DNA from: Torpedo marmorata
Taxonomy: Eukaryota
Direction: 5' to 3'
Assembly (NCBI GenBank): GCA_977017645.1
Contig: OZ360245.1
Location: 38,254,001-38,318,000, forward strand
DNA length: 64,000 nt
In this document: positions 23,021 to 35,744 of the stretch, piece by piece
How positions within the stretch are numbered: position 1 is the first letter of the stretch
How the letters are laid out: each line of letters opens with the position of its first letter
Translations under genes and position numbers: made by a program
The notes under the pieces: model-generated
The model's database searches: none
Told to the model about the DNA's origin: nothing
Seen by the model: the letters and a program-made list of their open reading frames with translations, nothing else

Positions 23021-26000
23021 ATAATGTGCAGGTATCTGTTAGGTGCTTGTATGTGAGAAATAACTAAATTTAAAGAAGGGCCAGAGACCTACCGATACCT
23101 GTGGAAGGGCAGCTTGGCATGAAGCAATGGTTCTCGATGAGGCAGAGTGCATCCTGGGGAAGGAGAAGCTGAAGAACATTCTTTCATGATCCAACATTTT
23201 GTGTATAAATCATTGGGAAAATACTGCACTTCTGGCAATTGGATTTCAGTAAGAATTGTCAAGATCTTCTGATGTATGTCAAATTATTCTTAAAAGTCTT
23301 TACAGGATACTAACTATCATTTTTGAATAAAAACATAATGAACCAACAGAAAAGGATCAGGACTCTAAACAGCATGATCCAGAATAGATGGCGGGTGTGT
23401 TTTAGGTTAAAGGTCAATAGTAAAAGTATGTATTTTCCTTTTCCAAGATCAATTTTATTTATAAGGCTCTGCAACGGCAAAATATTTTCAATCTAATTTT
23501 TGTTGTAATGAGTGAATTTGCAAAGATATCATTGGAAGTAAAATGGATCTGGAACCAATAGATTCTCCAACACTTGATGTCCACGTCTCTTACTTTAATC
23601 TAAATGCACAGAAATAATACATCCTATCTGCTCACAAGAAGTCCACCTGCTTATTATTATCTGCCAGCAATGGGGACTTCAACCCAAGGAGTGCATTTTC
23701 AGGAAAAAAAAACTTGATCGGACATCTCAGTAATGAATGCACGGAGATGGTAACTCTCCTGTCAAAGAAAACAGTGAATTCATGCTTCAGCAATGGGATG
23801 GAACAATGGAACAAAAAATGCAGCTTGACTATGAATTGTCCATTTGCAACAGAGCCTATTCAAACTGAGAGCAGACACAGGAGGGGATAGTTTCCAATTC
23901 AACTTCAGTGCTGCACCTGGTGCTCATCATTGCATGTATTGTGCATTTTAATTCACATCAGAGCCCAGATTTGAGAAAGAATATCCTTTCTGATGATTTA
24001 AACAGCCTGGATATCAAAAGTGCATGGAAATGCTCTTGAACTAATCACAACAGTCAGAAATATAAAGGCTCCAATCTGTTTCATGGGCTGAATCCAATCA
24101 AGTTACCACTTTTACTTGCACTCCCACGCAGCTTCTTGCACTCAGTATTCTTTTTTTTGAAGAAGCAAAATTATCGTTTGTGATCACTAAAGTATTTAAA
24201 GTGATATTCTGAGTATTACAGGTGTCTGATAGCTTTGAATTGAGGCACAAGGAGTATCTATAAAGCAACAGGAATATCTTCCTAACAGACTTCGACTTGG
24301 TGCGATATTTAGGTTGAATATTGAAGTAAAGGCCTCATTAAAAAGTTTTGAGAGAAGTAGTGTTCATTATATAAATTTACACAGAATGTGAAACAGAAGA
24401 GTAACGTAAACATAACAGGAAAATAAGTCCAGATCTTGACCAGTAGATGGTTGTAAAGAAGACAAGAAGGTTGATGTGTGAGTCATGTATGAATCACTGG
24501 AGCTTTCGGGTTCTTAGAATGGTTAGAGCACCCTAGCCTTGGGTATTGGAAGTCTATCTGGGAAAATGTAAAGAGAGGTAAGAACTTTGCAGGTTTGGGA
24601 TCCCTGGAATTCAGTGGGTCATAGCAGGAGGACAGTGCGGCGAGGTTAGGTTCGAACCCAATGACCGTACAAAGAAAATAATAACTTGCTGATAATGATG
24701 TCATGAGTTTGTCGCAGGCCAGCCAGTGAAGAAAATGGCACCTAGAATGATATCCATTTGTCAAAAGGGTATGGCTTCTTTCAATCATTATAGATCTGAT
24801 TGGGTCCTTGCTTATCTACAAAAGGGTTGTTGTGCACCTGAGATCTCACTTTACAGACAGTGCTTCAAGGGTTATTAATCATTGCTGTGAGCTGCTCTTT
24901 GACTGTGCTAAGATCATTTGTATTCACACAGTAGAGCTGCTTTCCTACTTCATTCTCAAATCTCTTGCATCTAAAGCTTTGCTTGGTTATTGGTGTGCTT
25001 CCATGCAATACACGCACTCTGGTAAGTTGCTGATCAGTTGCAGAGCTTATAAGTAGTAACAAAGTGAAGCATGTTTGCCGACCAATGAATCCAGTGCTCT
25101 GAGGCCTGTCTACTATTTTTGTAGATCAACGTTCCACTCCAAAATAAAATGGAACATTTTATTGTAGAAATCACAACATTCTTGCCTTTGTGCAGTTTTA
25201 AACAATTAAAATATTTTTTTTTGAATCAAACAGGTAACTTCCTTAATTATGGATATCTTAGCCATCGATTAAATACTGCCACAACTGTATAAATTGAAAC
25301 TCAGGAGATAAGATGTCCTTTGAACACATTTCCTAGTTTTCAATTAAGTCAACATCATAATACTGTAAGGTTCTGTACAGGCCAATTACTGATTGGAAAG
25401 TGTTCAATTACTTGAAAATTCATCATTTATTTTTCTGTCTCATGTCTTGCACTTCTTTACACCTGCAGGTAATCTGACTGTTCCAAAATATCAAATTGTT
25501 AGTTTCAGAAAAAATATATTTTTATTATTATCAAATGAAATCTGAAAGATTTAGGAAACATTTATTTGCATATTGGGATGTCATAGAGCAAAGAACATGG
25601 TTTTCAGTTACAAGCAATGATCAGTCCTTACCTAAAGAGGATCAATCCGCAATCCATAGAATGCTTTGAGATTTTTGAACGAAACAGCATGTAGCTTTAA
25701 TTCACCCCCACTTTCCTGAAAGTTACTTTGAGAAAAGAGCTGAAATTCATAACAAAAAATAAAAATTAATCTTGATGCATACAAAAAGCCATAGGTGGTT
25801 TTTGAAGTCAGAGTTTTGTGCTTTAATCTGCTCAAGATTTGCATCCTTCACCCAGAAGTAGGATCAAAAGGGAATATCGTGTCTAGACAGACAACATTTT
25901 TCATAGAAAAACCAGGATCGAGTTAGATTTCATTGAACCCCATCTTCTGGAGATCACATCTGTTAAAAGTTAAGGGACATCCAGTTTCAGTATTTCTAAT

Positions 26001-27507
26001 AGGCCATTCTTTTTGGAAAGCCAATTGAAACATTACCTATTTAATAAACAGTGCTGAGCTTACTTGATCATAACTTTAGATGGTAATCAATGGAAGCTAT
26101 GTGTCCCACATTTTAAGGGGCTGTATCCCTCAGCAAATTTTATGCAAGGCATGGCAGAATTTCCTCACTGGCTGTTATGAAGAAGTTTCTTTATTTGACC
26201 GTAGTCAAAATATTTGACTTAATTCAGTTACTACTTCTAAGCTTAGTTCTCCATGCCAATAATCAGTAACAGCCATACTTTTTCTTTGCCGCTATTGCTG
26301 CTTTCCATTGCGCTGGATTTATCTGCAGCATACACACTTCCACAAACTAAGCCTTGTTCTGGATAGTGCTTGGACCTGGAATTAAAGATGCAAGTCCAAA
26401 GGTTGACCATTCAACCAGGGTAAAAGCCCCTAAGGTGAAGACATGCCTGATGTGATCAGGGTTTGGAATTTTCATTAATCCTGTGTTACATCGTATTTGT
26501 TGGGTCCACATTTTAAGATAAATTTTAGCTGGGTAAGAGCATCAGAGCAAAAATGTTTTTCCGTACATAGTTGAAATATACTGTGAATTTGCCAGTGCTA
26601 ACTAACACCAATCTCTAAAGTTTTGGCCTCTATCCTTTATGTAGCTCAAATTTATTCCCAAATTGTTAGATCTGATTGGTAGGTGGCCTCATGGTGAAAT
26701 GAACAAATTGAATTGCTGCCTTAAAATCATAGAGGATATAGAAGCTTTTGTAGATGAGAAAGTGATGCAGTTGGAACGGTAAGTGACAATTCTGGACAAA
26801 TCCAATCCATTTTTCTTGTAATAATACTTCTCATGCCCAATTAACCATGAGTGATTTCCTCCATCCGTCTACGGAAAATACCATGTGACGGCTAATATTT
26901 CCCCAAAGAGGAATAAGGCAAATCTAAGGAAAGGCTGCCATTTACTTTTGTATACCTCTGTGTCCAACGCACAAGTGTTATTGGCCGAGCATTTGGTACA
27001 GATAAATTTCAACTGCTCTCTCATCAATAGTCCAAGCATGGGTTATTAAATTAGAACCTGTAACATTTTACAAACCCAGTACTCAGATGTAATGTCTAAT
27101 ATGGTGGAAAAATAGTTTGTTTTGTGTGTGCATTGTAAAATCTCCATAAATCTCAGGTTCTCGCACTCCCCATTACACACATTGGTTGCTAATAATCCTT
27201 GCCTATTGCATTTTTACTTCTGGCAGGAGATGACTTCACCAGCATTCTTTAAACGATGCATACTCGTCTACAGATCCTTTGACTATGTTCCCATTTATTT
27301 ACCATGGGAACCCTAAATTGACTCTGAAGAGAAAGCTTGTCAATCAGGTCTCGTAAAAAAGTTTTAAAAGCTGATCCATGGTACACATGGAGTTGAGGCA
27401 GGCCACCTACTTTATTTTGCAGTGTTTTCTTTTTTACCTGACAATTATTAAAGTACTAGCACTGTGATAAGTTGAAGCATTTCTCTTTCACAGAGAGTAT
27501 AAAATTA

Positions 27508-28097
27508 CACTGGACGACAAATTTTTTCAAAAGGTTTGCTTCCTGAAAAAAAATGGAGATTATGATAGACAACTTCAAGCTGAACACAAAGATAATGTCA
27601 GATTTTCCGTATCACGTAGGAAGTTGGAGAAACATTAAATGAACTTTTATTGTATTTAGCATGTTTAATCGCATAATAATGCTGACACATTGCGTTAGTT
27701 CACTGATTTTCGTTTGTACTCAGCATCTGATGCCTCTCATGTCAGTGTCCAACAATAGTCAGGCAGCATTAACGGATTCCAGTTGCCCTGATACTGCTTT
27801 TCCATGGTCGCAATGTCTTGGTGAAACCTTTCACCATGTTCGTCACTGACTGCACCGAGATCAACAGGGAAGAAGTCCAAGTGCGAATGCAGAAAATGAA
27901 TTTTCAATGACATGTTGCACTTCATGGTTTTGTATGCTTGAAGTAGACTTAAAATATGACAGGAAAACATAAAAATAGGTTATATCTAAAACACGGTCCA
28001 TGATTGGAAATTTTTAAGGTGATTTCTTGATCAGCAGCCCAAAATCCATAAAATACACCCAGAAGTGTTCAGGAAGCATAATCTTCGTTCTCCAGTG
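27508..28097 (-). mobile_element. Internally deleted Chapaev3 (CMC superfamily) DNA transposon
   Basis: CACTGGA..TCCAGTG termini, TTA TSD (27505-27507, 28098-28100); ORF 27737..27970 CNMSLKIHFLHSHLDFFP..SDEHGERFHQDI..DYCW, a Chapaev3-type transposase C-terminus. Confidence 0.85.
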
Positions 28098-28989
28098 TTA
28101 TCTGTTACAAGCTTGAAATCACAAAATGTAAGCAAGGAATTAGTGTTTGCTCCATCGTATCCAAAGGGATTTGAATGCACCCAGAGCTATGTGATTTAAT
28201 CTAAAGACAACTTCCTGTACAGATTACAAACATGCCCCATTAGGTTGTGGAGACAAGCGTTTGAACAAGAAAGCAAGCATTGGCATAGCTTATTTTTTCT
28301 GATCCGAGAGAAGTTTATGATCAAAACCTTGCCGTTGCTCTTGATGGAAATAACAGGAATTGAATAAAAGTAATCTCCATCCCATTCAAATTCAAGGGAA
28401 GAACTATTTAGACAGAGCCATTTCAGTTTTTGCAGATTCCATTTGTATTTAGCTACTTGGGATCCAGCATGCATCTGAATTATGCTAATAGAGCAATGTT
28501 ACCATAAAAATATATTAGTATGCTCAGAAAGGGCCTGTGCCAAGGTTTCCATGTGAAGTGCTTCATTGCCAGGGGGAACATGTGGAGAGCTTAGACCTAT
28601 AAAGAACCTTTTTCAAGAGCACAATATTCCCTCGTGTTTGTCAATGTTAGCACACACGGCCATTAGCAACAGGAGGGAGATGTGGTGAAAGATCATCAAG
28701 TGTTTGCCCTTTTTACAGTGGCGTAGAGATAAACAGTTCATTTTAGAAAGGGTTTGCGATCTTTGGAGGCACCCATTTATTCTTTCAGCCTTCATAGAAG
28801 CAAAACGAAAAAATCTGCTTTGCTGATCAGCTTAAAAATGCTGGTGAAACCAAAACCTGATTCGAAGGAATCTTGCGTTTTAAATTGAGCAGGTGGCGCG
28901 TTACAGGAAAGGTGCTAAATGCTTTGCTCGCTGCACTTGATTGTTGAATTCAGCAAATCTGAAGCATTCCTCCTTTTTCTTTTCCACAG

Positions 28990-29085
28990 TTGTTTCATTC
29001 CTATCCTCCATCCATGGCTGGAATTTCTCCCATGATTCCACCTACAGGTCCTTTTGGTTCCCTGCAAGGAGCATTTCAGCCAAAG
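28990..29085 (+). CDS. AUTS2: AUTS2 96-nt exon (human exon 11 equivalent)
   Basis: TTTCCACAG|..AAG|GTAACC; [32 protein letters not shown]; phase 0/0. Confidence 0.96.
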
Positions 29086-29332
29086 GTAACCCTGTAATCC
29101 CTTTGCCAATATCTTTTTCTTTGCAGTCCTGTTGTTCAATGTGAGCGTCATCAATCATCGAAGGCCTTGAACTGTTGTTACTTGAATTCTGAAATGAGGT
29201 GAATCATGGCACTTTGAATCATAATCACCAATTTCATTTAACTCTGAATCACTTCCATATTCCGAACTAATTTTTCAATTTATCAAACAGGGAAATAAAT
29301 TTGGTAAACTCTTGATTTGGGGAAAGAGAAAA

Positions 29333-29512
29333 CCAGCACCAGCGACCGGGACCGGGTTTGAATCCCGCGCTGTCTGTAAGGAGTTTATGTTCCCCCCGTA
29401 TCTGCGTGGGTTTCCTCCCACTGTTGTGGGTTAATTGGGCATAATTGGGGCTCGTGGGCTAGAAAGGCCTGTTACCGTGCTGTATGTATGTCTAAATTTT
29501 TAAATTTAAATT
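29333..29512 (+). mobile_element. V-SINE, truncated
   Basis: GGGTTTGAATCCCGCGCTGTCTGTAAGGAG..GGCCTGTTACCGTGCTGTATG..TAAATTT. Confidence 0.85.
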
Positions 29513-30573
29513 CCTGCCTTCATTTATACATCAATTACTATTTAAAAAGAAGTCTTGGCACTTTTAAGTATTGATATTTGTGCATCTGCTTCAGAAAGTA
29601 TAAAATTATAAGCAATTACAATTGGGAGTCATTGTTATTGTAGAAATATGTTTCCTTTAGAATTCCAAGTAAAATTTCATAAGGATTTGAGATTTCGGTA
29701 GTAACCAGGGGAGGGGAGTGGAGTGGGGGTTGGGTGCACTGTGGCACTGGGGTGGAAGGAGGTATCACGTGAGTGGTGACAGTGATGGGGAATGCTGAGC
29801 CATGGGGCAGTGATGGTGGTGAGGCAGGGGGTAGTGATGGTGGTGAGGCAGGGGGTGGAGTTGGTGGTGGGGGAAGTGTAGTGACCCCAGCAGTGGGGGA
29901 TTTGGGTGACACAGTTCGGATGGTGATGTTGGTGGAGGGGGGAGATTAGCATCCGTAAACGCTTTGGAGAATCAGGGAAAGTTGGGCAGTGCAGCACGGG
30001 GGAGATGCCATTCAGCTTGCAGGTGTAACCCAGCACAATGCACATTGAGATTTAAAAACCTACATTGTCTTGAAGCCGTGTCGCAAATGGGTCAGTTATT
30101 TGACTGTTATCTTCTTGCTCTGTGTGCCTAATTTCTCTGCAAGCTAACAAATAAATATGACTGCTGGTTTTAGTCAGCTGCTGGCATTTTCCAACATGGA
30201 GCATTTGGGGGTGAAGAGGTTGGGGAATGTGCTCAAAGACTAAAACCTGCAGATGATGAGACAACAACAAGAAGTTTGAAATGCATAGCAGGTCAGGCAG
30301 CATCTGCAGAGACAGGAAGGCTGAGCTACTTTGTATTCGAACTGCTCACTTCTGACAGTAACAGGAAAGTGGACGATGCGGTGTGTGGTCTCTGCACTTT
30401 CCAATACATTCCACGATGAAAGGGTAACTGTTAGCTGTGACTGATGCTCCATTCTCTCTCTGAGGACAGTTAAGAATCTTGCTTCACACTGTTCCGTGGT
30501 TAGAGTCAGCCTTGTTAATTGGTAAAGTGCGTTGTGGAAAGGCCAGAATTGTGAAGGCCACATTCAGGTTGGA

Positions 30574-32050
30574 TAGAACCATAGAACAATACAGCACAGA
30601 AACAGGCCCTTTGGCCCTTCTAATCTGTGACGAACCGTTTTTTTGCCTAGTCCCACTGACCTGCACCCTGACCATAGCCCTCCATACCTCTCCAATCCAT
30701 GTACCTGTCCAAATTCTTCTTAAAGATGAAAATTAAACCCGCATTCACCACTTCAGCTGGCACCTCGTTCCACAATCCCACCACTGTCTGTGTGAAGAAG
30801 TTCCCCCTAATCTTCCTTCTAAACCTTTCCCCTTTCACCCTTAACCCATGTCCTCTGGTTTACATCTCACCTACCCTCAGTGGAAAAAACCTACCTACAT
30901 TTACTCTGTCTAGACCCCCTCATAATTTTACCTCATTCTTCTACGCTCCAGGGAATAAAGTCCTAACCTGTTTAACCTTTCCCTGTAACTCTGTTCCTGA
31001 AGTCCGGGCAACATCCTAGTAAATCTTCTCTGCACTCTTTCTATCTTATTGATATCTTTCCTGTACTTAGGTGACCAAAACTGCACACAATACTCCAAAT
31101 TTGGCCTCACTAATGTCTTGTACATATGAAGGCCAATATGCCAAAAGCTCACTTTACAACCCTATCTGCCTGTGACGCCACTTTTAGAGAATTATGTATC
31201 TGTATTCCCAGATCCCTCTGTTCTACCGCACACCACAGTGCCCTACCATTTACCATGTAAATATGTCCTTTCTTGGTTTGTCCTTCCAAAATGCAACACC
31301 TCACACTTGTCTGCATTAAATTCCATCTGCCATTCTTCACCCCATTTTTTCAGCTGGTCCAGATCCCTCTGCAAGCTTTGAAAGCCTTCCTCGCTGTCCA
31401 CAACACCTCCAATCTTTGTGTCATCTGCAAATTTGCTGATCCAATTTACCACATTATCATCCAGATCATTGATATAGAAGACAAACAACAATGGTCCCAG
31501 TACCGATCCCTGAGGCACATCACTAGTCACAGGTCTCCAGTCTGAGAAGCAATCATCCACTACCACTCTCTGGCTTCTCCCGTGTAGCCAATGTCGAATC
31601 CATTTGACTACCTCGCTATGAATACCTAGCGTCTGAACCTTTCTGACTAACCTCCCATGTGTGCCTTGTCAAACGCCTTACTAAAGTCCATGTTGTCAAC
31701 ATCCACAACCCTTTCTTTCATCAACTTTCCTGGTAACCTCCTTGAAAAACTCTATAAGATTGATTAAACATGACCTACCACGCACAAAGCCATGTTGACT
31801 ATCCCTAATCAGTCTCTGGCTATCCAAATACTTGTATACCCGATCCTTAAGAACACCTTCCAATAACTTACCTACTAAAGACATCAGGCTCATCGGTCTA
31901 TAATTTCCAGGGTTACTTTTGGAGTCTTTTTTAAACAATGGAACAACGTGAGCTACCTTCCAATCCTCCGGCACCACACCTGTGGCTAAGGCCATTTAAA
32001 ATATTTCTGCCAGAGCTCCTGCAATTTCTACACTAGCCTCCCTCAAGGTC
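30574..32050 (-). mobile_element. CR1 LINE, RT region plus 3' end, frameshifted
   Basis: - strand ORFs: PEDWK.A.V.PLFKK..NYRP.SL, QHGF, VPQGSVLGPLLF..YINDLD..ISKFADDTK, LEYCVQFWSP; GTTCTATGGTTCTA tail. Confidence 0.95.
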
Positions 32051-33972
32051 TTTGTTTATCTCAATGTAACCTATCTGAAAAGTTAACAAAATATGTATGT
32101 TTTCTTTACATCTTCATTTTATTTGAAGAATATTTCATGAATCTTGGTTATATTATCATGAGGATGTGTTGCCTTATGCATCTAGTAATTCTTCACGTTT
32201 TACCAAGTCAGCTGAAATGCTCAGTGAAGTATCTTTTCAGTTCTCCACAAGGAAATTGTTCCAATAAAAAAATGCATCATTAGTTGTCACACTGTGGGAT
32301 AATGCTTCCAGTCGCCCTGGCTGGCATGCTGAGTGACTCACACTGGTGAGGAATCCCAGCTAAATGAAGAATGATTGCGCTATCGAGGGGTAAAAGCGAT
32401 GTTAAAACCAAAATATCTCTTAAATAAATTTCACATCCTGTACACCTCTTCCTAAAATTTTAAAATTTCTAGATCTGCTTTCAATTATTATCTTGAGCAG
32501 CATCCAATCATAGGCAGATTGTTTTGTCCTCAGATTTATTATAACCGATCAGTCTTTAAAAACGTACACCCTGATTTGTTTTGATTCTCACATACTGTTG
32601 ACAGTCTGATTGTTCCGATCTTCAAGATTTTCAAACTATTTTTATTAAGTGTTAAACCAAGTAAGAAGTAAACAAGCCTGAGCAATAATGAACCTCAAAT
32701 TTACACTTCTGCCTGGAAAACTGATGAACTCATTATTTGATCTCATCTTTTACAGCTTAATTTTGTAAAAGCATTACCTTGATCTCCATATCAAAATTGA
32801 TAAATTAAAACAATTCAATTTGAGGACTGTTTGGTGTGAGTAATCCTTGGGATTTATCTTCTTGACTGTTAATTTCATATTATGGTGGATTTTATGCTGC
32901 ACAAGGAAATATTACAGATACATTCCAGTAATCTGGCTCGAAACTGTGGATTTCTTATAAGCAGCTTTTACTCTTTAATTCTTACATTCTAACTTTAAAC
33001 GCAGCAAGGTTAAATGAGCTGCCAGCTACAGCGGCAAAGTTTCACGTCCACCATTTTAAGCTACCTTATTGAACTCCTGAAGTGTATTCTCTTGTGATTT
33101 CTTAGTAAACTGTGGGAAATCACATAATGGTTAACTGAATGAAGGGAGGGTTTGTCGGTATGTTAACCCACTGTGTTTCTAATAATGAGATATATCTTTA
33201 AATAGAGCCCATTCTTTGAAAATCCAACGTAAAGGGAGTTTGGACAGTTCCAAAGGTAGTTCTTTTTGGCTGTGAGCCGCAAGCTGTATTGTGCTCATCT
33301 TAACAGTGCAAAACAGATGTGAAGCTAAAGAAAGGGTTGGTTCATAATTTTCCTGAGATTTCAAGAAAATAAGATCAACGTGGCAGTTGCAGAACTGCTC
33401 AAATTCAGGCATTTATCCAACTCGGAGAGAATGGTGGTTGTTTCCATGTAGTTTGACATTGCTTGGACAAGCTCTGAGAGGAAAACTACGGGGTAGGGAT
33501 AGGGAAATGTTTTTGGAGTTCAATCTGTTGGAGGAGCCTTTCCTGCAAAGTGGGATCAACACACACACACACACTGTTAGACAGTGCAAATGGTCAGCAC
33601 AGACATGGCAGGCTTACGGGCCTGTTTCTCTGCTGGACTGTTCTACAACAGTGTCTTTGCCGACTGAAATGGGAATCGTGACTCTTGTGAACATTCATAC
33701 TCCTGGCCACAATTTTGCAAGTTTTCCGAAAGCAGTGGACCAAAGAGGTCAGTGGAACGTTGGCGTCACAACCAAAATCGGAGAACCCTGTCCTTTCCAG
33801 TGAATAGAAAGCACCAGGAATGTGTAGGAATAAGGTGCAGTTTCCTCCTCAGAGTGTGGCCCTTTGTTCTACAGTTTCTGGTCTAAATTAAACATTTCAC
33901 CTGCTCCACAAAGCTGCCAGAAACAGTTTTGTGATCTTCCACTTTAATAGGCTGTTCTGTCTTCCTCCACAG

Positions 33973-34044
33973 ACCTCCAACCCCATTGATGTGGCAGGAA
34001 GACCTGGAGCTGTTCCCCATACCCTCCTGCAGAAAGATCCCAGG
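33973..34044 (+). CDS. AUTS2: AUTS2 72-nt exon (human exon 12 equivalent)
   Basis: CTCCACAG|..AGG|GTATTT; [24 protein letters not shown]; phase 0/0. Confidence 0.95.
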
Positions 34045-35534
34045 GTATTTGTTGCTTGATTTCTATCAAAGCTATCTCTTCATAATCCAACTTTAATTTG
34101 TGCAGTAACCTTGGATAACCTGTTTCTTTTAACATCTACCATATTGTCAAGCTGCTAGGAAAGGTTTTAAATGTTTGATTAAACCAATGCATTGTCTGTA
34201 GTGGGATTGCAAGTATTTCCTTTAAGTGTTAATGGTATCCATTCATTTTCCTCCCTGGTGAAGTGACCTGTCAATTCTAACACTCATGTGTCATGGTGAT
34301 AGGTGGGGACTGATTTCAGAGCTGCAGAAACATTTAAGACTCCAGGCAAAATGACCAACATTAGAATAAAATTAAACGATCAGAAGAATTAACAACAAAC
34401 AAGAACATTTATTATGTTATGAAATGTTCAGCTTGAAAAAGGATGGGAAGATATTCAGGAATTATTTTCAAGAGGGAATGAGATAAGGGGGAGAGAATGT
34501 ATAGAGCCATGGAGAAAGGGCAAGGGAGTGGGAGCTCTGTTCAGATCTCAGTGGAAGCGCCTTAGGCAGAGTAGTCACTGTGCGAATGCATGATTCCATT
34601 TGTATCAGAAAGGAAGGAAAGTAAATAGGTTTGAGCAAAAGGCACGAAAGTAAGTTCGAGTGGTTCCATTGGAAGAAATGGAGGTAACGTAAGCATGTTG
34701 GGCCAAACGGCATCATTCAATGCTGTACTTCTATGGAGGTGAGAAAATGGCACAGCTGGCATTGCTATCTTTGTGTGATAGATGTGCACCCCTGTATCAG
34801 AATGGCCAGCTGCACATCATTCTCGACTCAAGTCCCTGCACTGCATTTCAACGTAAAAACTTGGGCGCTGGCGTGATTAGTATTCTGCCTTCACTCAAGC
34901 CTTTGTTTCATCCGAGACTTGGTGAGGACAAGGTTGAAGTGACTCTGGGTCAGTTTAGGGTTGAGGAGATGTCTCATAAAGCAAATGTTGGTGTTTTCTG
35001 ATCCTACAGACAAATTGTCGTCTAAATAAGGTATGGGTTATTTTCCCAATTGACTGCGCTGTTTAATATTCTGCACTAATTAGCACTCATTAAAGAATCT
35101 TGCTCGAAAGGTGCAGAAGGACACACGACGTGGGATTTGACAGTGTCACTCAATTAGAGGAGAAGCTGGTCATCTGAGACTTGAGTAATGCTCTTCATGC
35201 AGGGCAGGGCGTCCGTAAATATCCAAGACATGTAATACTTGACAAGGCAATGCTTGACACTGTCTGAGGACAAAAGATTTCTGCGGTAGTTATGTTTCAT
35301 GTTCTGTGAATTAAGATGAGATGGCAAAGTAATTTGAATAAATTTCAATTGGTGCACTCAAGCAGCTGTGAAACCAGTATCAATCTACTCACGGGTGACA
35401 CTGAGCTTTAAAAATTCCATTCCCAATTTAGAGACATAAAGGGACTTGACTTTTTATACCCTAAATCAGCACATGAAAGGTTAAACTGGTATCACTCCCA
35501 GTCTCTCACAGACACATCAGTTCATTACCAAATA

Positions 35535-35744
35535 CAGTAAAATCCCCATGATCTGGAATCCAAGCCTCAAGCAACCGGCAAAAAAAATCACGGAAAATAA
35601 ATAGGTAAAACATACAGAAGTTTAAAATTGGCACGCCTCACCGTCAGTTCGCCAATCACGCAACATGCAATCTCAAGCCACTGGAAAATTCACTTATCCG
35701 GCATCTACCAATCCCCATTGGAGCCGATAACAGGGGTTTTACTG
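35535..35744. mobile_element. pogo/Tigger-like MITE
   Basis: TA TSD; TIRs CAGTAAAATCCCC / GGGGTTTTACTG. Confidence 0.8.
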
